Below are positions 56,285 to 64,000 of a DNA stretch of 64,000 bases, one piece after another. A program made the translations under genes and the position numbers. The notes beneath the pieces were generated by a model that did no database searches, was not told the DNA's origin, and was given only the letters and a program-made list of their open reading frames with translations. Every line of letters starts with the position of its first letter. Position 1 is the stretch's first letter. The stretch comes from an uncultured Nitrospinota bacterium (GTDB taxonomy: Bacteria > Tectomicrobia > Entotheonellia > J063 > CAVPRW01): positions 126,236 through 190,235 of the forward strand of contig CAVPRW010000005.1 in the NCBI GenBank assembly GCA_963707985.1, read 5' to 3'.

Positions 56285-57300
56285 CAGTTTCGCAGCCGTC
56301 TCGATGCGCCGTTGATGGAGGAACTCCTGGCGATCCAGGCGGCGACCGCGATAGAGGACGGGTTGGTGAGCCCCGCGCATTTGGTGGTCGATACCTTTCC
56401 CAGTGAGCAGGGCAGCCAGCGCGTGAATGACGCCGCCACCCTGTATAAGGCCCAAAAAAAGTCCTCCAGGTCATCACGGCCATCACCGCGGAGTGCGCCA
56501 CCCAAGGGGCGGTCCTCCAGGAACGAGCCGAGCGACTCCAGCACGACCTCCAACGGGTGATGCACCGCTTCGGTCGCCAGTGCCGGGGGATGGGGAAGGT
56601 CTTTGTGACACTGGTACGCCAGACGGAGGCGCAATTGCTGGAGCTTGGCACGCAAGTCTTGCCGGTGGCGCGGGCCGCCCAGGCATGCCTGCACGGCGCG
56701 CCGCAGCTGTCGGACGAGCAGCAGAGACGTCTCGACACGCAGCTCACGGTCGCGCTCGAGGCGCATCACCAGATCGAACGCCAATCCCGCCGGCTGACGC
56801 AAGGCGAGGCGTTGCCCCATTGCAAGATCGTCAATGCCTACGATCCCACGATTGCGCCCATCTGCAAAGGGCAGAGTAACTGTCCCGCCCAGTTCGGCCG
56901 CAAACCCGGCATGATCGCCGAGCCAGCGGCGGGCTTTATCTTGGCCCTGCATCTGCCCGTGGGTAATCCGAGTGATGCCAGCTCTGTGGAGCCCCTGATC
57001 ACCAAGGTGGAGCAGGCGATGGCCCGGGTCGAGACACGCCCCGCCCCGGCCATCCACTCGCTGGCCGGCGATCTGGCCCTGAATGATGCCGCCCTGCGGG
57101 AGGTGCTGCATACGCGGGGGATTCTCACGGTCGGGATCCCCAGGACGGTCGATCCCCTGCCCCCGTCGCCTACACCAGAGGACATCTTCCGAAGCCTGGA
57201 GGAAGCGGACTTGCACCACATTCGGACCCCGACCCAGGTGCAGCTCGCTTACGCGTGTGGGTACAGCCGTCCCGTCGTCGAAAGCATCATTGCGAGCCCA
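56285..57300 (+). pseudogene. Central/C-terminal fragment of a related DDE transposase; A7 frameshift site at 56454-56460
   Basis: VVDTFPSEQGSQRVNDA, NAYDPT, QFGRK, GNPSD, AGD, RPVVESII. Confidence 0.75.
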
Positions 57301-57471
57301 CGACAATCGTCTCTGCGAGGCGGGGGCAATTAGTGAACACTATGTAGGGATCAGCCCAGGCTTGATGCAATGATGTGCATTGTACATGTATACAGATAGC
57401 ATCACAACGGCGACAGTTCCTCCGGATCAACAGAGAATCTGTACTTTCTTGCTCAATGTAGAGGGGAGAAA

Positions 57472-58530
57472 ATGAAGGCACTCATTACGGGCTCCGGAGG
57501 ACTTATTGGCTCAGAGTGCGCTCGTGTACTCTGTGGCGAGGGCTGGGATGTCGTTGGCATTGACAATGATATGCGTGCGCAATTTTTTGGGAATGAGGGA
57601 ACGACTCGTCCCGTGGTTGAGGAGCTCATTAGCACTCTTCCCCGCTATCGTCATCACGCCATGGACATTCGTGACCGACAAGGTGTACGCGATCTGCTCC
57701 GACACGAGCGACCGGATTTCATCATCCACACCGCAGCCCAGCCTTCGCACGACAAAGCAGCCGCGATCCCATATGACGACTTTGATGTCAATGCCGTTGG
57801 CACCATGAATATGCTGGTGGCAGCCCGAGATTTCTGCCGGGAGACTCCCTTCTGTTTCACCAGTACCAATAAAGTCTACGGCGATCGTCCGAACTCTCTC
57901 TCTCTCGTGGAACTGGAGAAACGCTACGACTATGCCAATGGTCTTGATGGGATCAATGAAGAGCTATCCATTGACCAATCCCTCCATTCGCTCTTTGGCG
58001 CTTCGAAAGCGGCGGCTGACATGCTGTGCCAGGAATTCGGGCGCTACTTTCAGATGCCTATCGGCATCTTCCGCGGCGGGTGTCTCACGGGTCCACATCA
58101 CGCGGCGGTGGAGCTACACGGTTATCTCGCCTATATTGTCCTGTGTGCCGTCACTGGGAGGCCCTATACGATCTTCGGCTATAAGGGAAAGCAGGTGCGG
58201 GACCAGATCCATGCCAGCGACGTAGCGCACTTGTTTCTGCACTTCTTCCGCCGGCCCCGCTGTGGTGAGGTCTATAACCTCGGGGGTGGCAGGCAGAATA
58301 GCCTCTCCATCCTCGAAACGATAGACATTCTGGCGGAGATGGGATTGCATATAGACTACACGTACAAGGAGCAACACCGGATTGGTGACCACATATGCTA
58401 TATATCCGATTTGGCCAAGATCCAGTCGCATTTTCCTGACTGGAAGCTGGAATATGACCTCTCCAGCATCTTCGATGAGCTTGTAGAGCGGTATACGAGG
58501 CAAATCACTGCCTGGACAAGGAAGCCCTAA
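57472..58530 (+). CDS. NAD-dependent epimerase/dehydratase (CDP-paratose 2-epimerase-like)
   Basis: TGSGGLIG, AAQPSHD, STNKVYG, FGASK, GKQVRDQIH. Confidence 0.9.
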   Translation: MKALITGSGGLIGSECARVLCGEGWDVVGIDNDMRAQFFGNEGTTRPVVEELISTLPRYRHHAMDIRDRQGVRDLLRHERPDFIIHTAAQPSHDKAAAIPYDDFDVNAVGTMNMLVAARDFCRETPFCFTSTNKVYGDRPNSLSLVELEKRYDYANGLDGINEELSIDQSLHSLFGASKAAADMLCQEFGRYFQMPIGIFRGGCLTGPHHAAVELHGYLAYIVLCAVTGRPYTIFGYKGKQVRDQIHASDVAHLFLHFFRRPRCGEVYNLGGGRQNSLSILETIDILAEMGLHIDYTYKEQHRIGDHICYISDLAKIQSHFPDWKLEYDLSSIFDELVERYTRQITAWTRKP

Positions 58531-58531
58531 C

Positions 58532-59308
58532 GTGAAGCTCTCTGTTGTCATACCTGCTCGTAATGAAGAAGGATCGGTGGCAGAGACCGTCTCCGCCTTG
58601 CTGCGCACCCTGCATGCGGCCGACATCCCCTGTGAGGTCGTCGTGGTGGACGACGGCAGCACGGATAAGACAGCTCTCATGGTGCGGGCGCTCTCGGAGC
58701 CATACTCCGAGATTCGCCTGGTCCAGAACACGGGCCGGCACGGCTTCGGCATGGCAGTCCGGTGCGGGTTGCACGAGGCGACTGGCGATGCCGTTGCCAT
58801 CGTGATGGCGGATGGATCAGACAGTCCCGAGGACGTGGTGAAGTGCTACCGCCGGCTTCTTGAGGGATCAGATTGCGTCTTTGGCTCCCGGTTCGTCCGT
58901 GGTAGCAAGGTGATTGACTATCCTCCGCACAAGTTGATCCTGAACCGCCTAGCGAACTGGTTCATCAGAATGCTCTTTGGCGTCCCCTTCAACGACTTCA
59001 CCAATGCGTTCAAACTCTATCGCCGGGAAGTGCTCCAGGGGATGCAACCGCTGATCTCTCCGCATTTCAATCTCACGGTAGAGATGCCGCTGAAGGCCAT
59101 TACGCGCGGCTATTCTTTCGCTGTGGTGCCGATTAGCTGGAGAAATCGGCAAACTGGCATCTCCAACCTGAAAATTAAGGAGATGGGCAGCCGGTATCTG
59201 TTCATTGTTCTGTATTTGTGGCTGGAAAAACACCTTGCCCAGGGTGATTATCACAGGCGACACAACGCCGAGCAGCAACAGGTGGGGCTCAACATTCACC
59301 ATGTATGA
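58532..59308 (+). CDS. GT2 polyprenol-phosphate glycosyltransferase-like
   Basis: VVIPARNEE, DDGSTD, MADGSD, FGSRF. Confidence 0.9.
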   Translation: MKLSVVIPARNEEGSVAETVSALLRTLHAADIPCEVVVVDDGSTDKTALMVRALSEPYSEIRLVQNTGRHGFGMAVRCGLHEATGDAVAIVMADGSDSPEDVVKCYRRLLEGSDCVFGSRFVRGSKVIDYPPHKLILNRLANWFIRMLFGVPFNDFTNAFKLYRREVLQGMQPLISPHFNLTVEMPLKAITRGYSFAVVPISWRNRQTGISNLKIKEMGSRYLFIVLYLWLEKHLAQGDYHRRHNAEQQQVGLNIHHV

Positions 59309-60380
59309 ATGCATGCTGATTACGGGCGGTGCTGGCTTTGTTGGATCAACCCTCGCTATTGCCCTCACACAGCAGTTCCCTGACGTACGCATTATTGCCC
59401 TGGATAACCTGCATCGCCGTGGCTCAGAGCTGAACCTGCCCCGGCTGGCGCGGGCGGGGGTGCGGTTCGTGCATGGGGACATTCGTTCACTCGAAGACCT
59501 GCTGGCACTGCTACCGGAAGCCCCTGGACTCATTCTCGAGTGTTCGGCAGAACCCTCGGCCCAGGCAGGCTACGGAGGATCGCCTGAGTATGTGATCCGA
59601 ACCAACCTGATGGGCTGCTTCCACTGCCTGGAGCTGGCGCGACACGCCAGAGCGGACGTCATCTTCATTTCCACCAGCCGAGTCTATCCATTTGAGCCAC
59701 TGAACAGTCTGCCCTTTGTCGAGGAAGAAACCCGTTTTGCGCTTGCTGCTGAGCAGACGGTACCGGGTGCTTCGGCAGTCGGCATCAGCGAGGCGTTTTC
59801 GCTTGCGGGGGCGCGTTCCCTCTATGGCATGACCAAGCTGGCGGGAGAGCTGATGGTGGAAGAGTATGCCGACGCCTATGGCCTGCGGTTCATTGTCAAT
59901 CGCTGTGGTTTACTGACAGGGCCATGGCAGATGGCCAAGTCCGACCAAGGAGTGATAGCGCTCTGGATGGGCGCACACTATTTCCGCCGTGGGCTTTCCT
60001 ATATTGGTTTCCAGGGCACTGGCAAGCAGGTGCGTGACATCCTACACATCGACGATTTCTGCGACTTGCTCGTTGATCAGATTCGGAACTTTTCCCTATA
60101 CAGCGGTCGGAGCTACAACGTGGGTGGTGGTCTGGTCAACAGCCTGTCGCTGCGGGAAACCACCCAAATCTGCGAAAGTATCACAGGCAACAAAATCCCC
60201 CTCTCTTCTTTAGCGGAAGCTCGCCTGGCTGATGTGCGGATCTACATCTCTGATCACCGGCTGATTTCCAGTGTCAAGGGCTGGCAACCCCGCCGGGATG
60301 CATCCCGTACCTTGACTGACATCTTCAGCTGGCTGCGAGCCGAGGAAACGCAGGTGCGACCGCTGTTTGTCTCCCAATAA
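59301..60380 (+). CDS. NAD-dependent epimerase/dehydratase (second RfbE-like)
   Basis: TGGAGFVG, STSRVY, YGMTK, GKQVRDILH. Confidence 0.9.
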   Translation: MYECMLITGGAGFVGSTLAIALTQQFPDVRIIALDNLHRRGSELNLPRLARAGVRFVHGDIRSLEDLLALLPEAPGLILECSAEPSAQAGYGGSPEYVIRTNLMGCFHCLELARHARADVIFISTSRVYPFEPLNSLPFVEEETRFALAAEQTVPGASAVGISEAFSLAGARSLYGMTKLAGELMVEEYADAYGLRFIVNRCGLLTGPWQMAKSDQGVIALWMGAHYFRRGLSYIGFQGTGKQVRDILHIDDFCDLLVDQIRNFSLYSGRSYNVGGGLVNSLSLRETTQICESITGNKIPLSSLAEARLADVRIYISDHRLISSVKGWQPRRDASRTLTDIFSWLRAEETQVRPLFVSQ

Positions 60381-60495
60381 CTCGGTCGGATATGGTTTTC
60401 GGGGCTCCATACCTCTCATGGTAATTCAGCCTGAGAGGCAACTGCAAGCTTTTTAAACACCCTTTCATCCATGACCCTCCATAAGAGTGAACCCG

Positions 60496-62464
60496 CTAAT
60501 CAATTACGTCTTTTCCAATACCATATAAAGCAATGCCAAGTTTTCTCGGATCCGAAGAAATGCCAGCTTCCAAAGGCGATATCGGATTAGAAAGTAAAAT
60601 CTCTATGACGCTGCTTTCGGTGTCGGTTGGCAGGACCTGGAAGGATATTACTTTTCTGTTATCAGCTGCACCAAAGGAAGCCCTTCCCACACTCTTCCCA
60701 TTTACCAAAACATCAATTTCTTGTTTAAAGTCAGGCCACGGAATGAATGCCTCCAAATCGAGATAAACGTGAGAAGTGCGGAGATGTTCGACCGCGATAT
60801 CTATTTCTGACCTTCTCCCAGTGCTCCAAACGAGTTGATCTTGTGGTTGGCTCCATCCATCGCCTAGTACATAGTCCCAAAATGCTTGTTTGCTTTCGCT
60901 TACAGCGATGTATTCGCCAGCATTAAGTACATAGGGTTCTAGCTTGATGAATGACAGTCCGGAGAGAGAGAAATTGAAACCAGAAAGAGTTACATCTTGT
61001 GAGGTTTCTTTTTTTACCAAATATCTTCGACCCTCTGTTATTGCTTTCTGCGTACATCGATTGTTTTCCGTGAATAAAATGTGCCAGTTTCTATGAATGC
61101 AAATATGATCTATATTCCGGCGTTTGTTATAAGCCATGACTCCTACTACTGTGGACCATACATGTCCCCAATCGTCGGTTCCGTCAAGTTCTAATACAAG
61201 AGGCGAGCCGTCTATCGTGGATATTTTCTTGGCCAATTCTGGAATCGAGACATCTTTATAGTGTAGAATATAACTGGGCTCCTTCCTTGCTTGATGAATC
61301 ACAATCAGTGAAGAAAAAGCTAGACAGACCAAGTAGATAGACTTTCTTCGAGATGGCTGAAAATTGTCGAGAAATTTGTATGCAAAAGATGGTTAGTACA
61401 AATGCCGGTGCCGCATAATAAAACAGTATCATGTATTTGTAACTCAAATCATCAATACCGATCTTGGCGTAAACAATAGATGCTATAGTGGATAGCAAAA
61501 CTACAATTAGCAAACTCTCTCCTTGGTACGACGTTTCTTTTTTAGTACTAAATATCAATAATAAAGTAAATAGCATACCCATGGCTAACGATATGACACC
61601 ATTTCCCCAATAGTTTCCTACATATGCCAGGCTTTCTAGAATACTATGAATACCGTTCGCGGATGGGTAGCTTAAATACTTAGCCACGGGGCCAGGATAC
61701 TTGCGAGCAGTCTCTATAAGCAGTGGCAGGAAAAACATCACAAAGACAATCGCTGCGAAAGTAATTCTGATGCGCTCTTTACTGAAATAGCTTTTCTTAA
61801 GAATGTCATTAAAGGCTTCTGCACGCATTCTAAAAAGCTTGGACACAAGCTGATTATATATGATTCCACCGACAGCCATAATGCCGATAATCGCAATAAA
61901 TGACACATGGCCGTTGACTAAAAAACCTGCACTAATGACCAGTGGAAAAAAAAATGCGGCGCGACCTTGAGATGCACCTGCCAAAGATAACATGAAAACA
62001 CCGAATGGGAAATAATATAGATGTGGAAACCAGATTCCAAACAGGAATTGATAATCAAAGAGTAAGCTGAAGCACGAAAAGATGGCTGTCGCAGCTGCTG
62101 CATCAAGTAGGTTGTTCAGTAGCTTGCAAAATAGTGCTGCGATTAAAATTATCCAAAAAACATTATAGGCAACAACAGCGATCAATTGACCTGAAAATGG
62201 GCTGTTAACGATGGACAAAAGATCATAAAAGACATATTCTCCCACCGCTAAAACGTAAAGTATTGCTGGGCCTGGATGATTAAATCCTATCCTAGAATAA
62301 TTTCCTACCAAAAGGTTAAGTGCCTTGGCATCTTGTATAAGTAATGAGTTTGCAGCGAAATCAGTTACTTCGTAAGTGGCTGACGAAATAACATGCCAGT
62401 TAATCGTCAGAAATAATGCGAATAAAGTGAAATATGAGGCGATAAAATAATGCTTGCTATTCAT
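60496..62464 (-). CDS. AT-rich polytopic membrane protein with a C-terminal periplasmic domain; frameshift near 61340
   Basis: DFAANSL, GNYSRIGFNHPGP, many TMs; ORF 60496-61332 continues with GWS.P...WS and DPRKLGI. Confidence 0.7.
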
Positions 62465-62627
62465 GTCGCAAAACTCCTCTACTTCTCTGGCTTACTTAAT
62501 ATACTCAAAATCGACATATTAATCCAAAAACGCCTTGCAAATCATGATGAAATGAGTCAATCTGACTTCTCCGTATTGTGAGTTCAGCAAGTATTCATAG
62601 TTACTTCTGGATGATACACCATGAAAG

Positions 62628-62891
62628 TCATTTGTATTCATAAGGTGTGAGCACTTTGAGCGTTTTGAGTCGCTTGGCAACGTTATAGGCCATCAGGAAG
62701 GCCTGTAGAGGCTCTTTCAGATGGTGATGGATCTGATCGGAATACATGTTCACGATGGCGTCTTTGAGTGGGCGGTTCATGCGTTCCACTTGGCCATTGG
62801 TCCGGAGATGGTTGGTCTTGGTGAGGCGGTGCTCGACGCCAAACTCCTGGCAGACGCGCTCAAAGCTATGCTGAAATCTGACGCATGGCAC
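62628..62891 (-). pseudogene. IS481-family transposase C-terminal remnant
   Basis: EHRLTK...TNGQVERMNR...AYN.AKRLKTLK.LTPYE. Confidence 0.85.
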
Positions 62892-62948
62892 ACCTCTGCA
62901 GCGCAGGTGACTCGGCTGGTAACGCCGACACAGGCTCCATGGGTAGAT

Positions 62949-64000
62949 TCATTTGTCTAGAATTGCATCCAGAATGACTTTCTTCATCACATCAGCAAGT
63001 ATCTTGTTTTGCAATGCGGACGGATGCCCATCCCCTTTAATGTAATAGTCATCGATGGTGCCGTTATGCTCGCGTAAATGTTTCCTGACGACCTCCTTCG
63101 CTGAAATATAGGGCACATGATTATCCCTGAGCACTCCTTCAATAAGGTCATTCTGCCAGTCTATCCAATCCGCATTCTGAACTGCATGATCGACATGGAA
63201 TACAACGAATACATGTTGGAGATGTCTTTCCCTTAACTCATGGATCATGCTCAATAATAGCTTTTTATTGATCTTTATTCTTCTGTCCTTGATATGATCG
63301 ATACCCTTAAAGTATCGGTGAACTTGTTCAGGCCAGCCATTTCCCTGTACCCATAACCTGAACAAATAGGAGAGAATTGATGGGGGATTCTTTGCAAAGA
63401 AATCATTAGGATCCGGATTGATAGGCACTCCCTGTAGAACCAACTCGCCGTCAACTAACTCGAAATAAGGCTTTTGTCCGATCCGGACAGAGAGAGTGCT
63501 TCGATCGACGTCTTGCGTCAACACGCTCGCAATGACAAAAGGCTTTTGAAAATGATCTAGGGAGTTTTTGAGCAGCAGGAAAATCTGATCGACACCATAA
63601 TTGCCGACCCCATAATTCAGGAAGTAGTACCTCGCCGCAAATTCATCATCAGCGTTGAGAACCCCTTGAAAACATTCCTCCTGGGTCGTTAGGCATCCTG
63701 CAAAGGAGTCGCCGTAAAGCAAGACAGCTTTTCTTCCGTTGAGATTGGCAGCCCGGTTATGAAGATATGTTTCGCGCGAGAAATCCCCCACCCACCCTAA
63801 CAGCGGGTGCGGATTCGCAGGAGGCTTGAGCTTCCCATCGAAAAGATAATACAGCTTCCAGTAATCACTGTCTAAATCATAGTCAACGTAGAGCCCCGGT
63901 GTTCGAAGTTTCTCCATAAACCCGACCTTAGAAAATAATAAGGCACGGAAGATTGCTTCACTGGCTACAGCCATTAGAATGAGGGCGGGCAAGGTTATGC
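62949..64000 (-). CDS. Membrane-anchored SGNH/GDSL-like hydrolase (5' partial)
   Basis: GDSF, NYGVGNYGVDQ, DGHPS; N-terminal hydrophobic segment; frame open to the window edge. Confidence 0.75.
   Translation of the reverse strand, partial: ITLPALILMAVASEAIFRALLFSKVGFMEKLRTPGLYVDYDLDSDYWKLYYLFDGKLKPPANPHPLLGWVGDFSRETYLHNRAANLNGRKAVLLYGDSFAGCLTTQEECFQGVLNADDEFAARYYFLNYGVGNYGVDQIFLLLKNSLDHFQKPFVIASVLTQDVDRSTLSVRIGQKPYFELVDGELVLQGVPINPDPNDFFAKNPPSILSYLFRLWVQGNGWPEQVHRYFKGIDHIKDRRIKINKKLLLSMIHELRERHLQHVFVVFHVDHAVQNADWIDWQNDLIEGVLRDNHVPYISAKEVVRKHLREHNGTIDDYYIKGDGHPSALQNKILADVMKKVILDAILDK

Overview
GC-rich bacterial chromosome segment. Gene content and IS repertoire suggest an Entotheonella/Tectomicrobia-like organism, but this is tentative and needs 16S classification. 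1-19 kb: catabolic genes (amidohydrolase, sarcosine/N-methyltryptophan oxidase, two CaiB/BaiF CoA-transferases, crotonase, ADP-forming acyl-CoA synthetase, ABC permeases and ATPase), interrupted at 7.3-10.5 kb by dead IS630 and IS3 elements around a broken AlbA_2/HATPase gene. 19.5-40.3 kb: intact core genes (hrcA-grpE-dnaJ, holB-PSP1-metG-tatD, yacG, mrp, lptD) and an rRNA unit. 40.4-64 kb: a surface-polysaccharide/glycosylation locus with many frameshifts, AT-rich membrane genes and four more IS remnants. Two main surprises. (1) The transposases of several unrelated IS families depart from their family motifs mostly by A:T->C:G transversions, while core genes and the broken non-IS AlbA_2 gene do not. 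This hints at repeat-targeted (RIP-like) mutagenesis or a mutT-type mutator bias. Ancestral residues were inferred from remembered family consensus, not from an alignment. (2) A self-contained promoter-16S-5S-terminator operon with no 23S and no tRNA, whose 16S carries a ~60 nt hairpin insertion in the helix 10 region.
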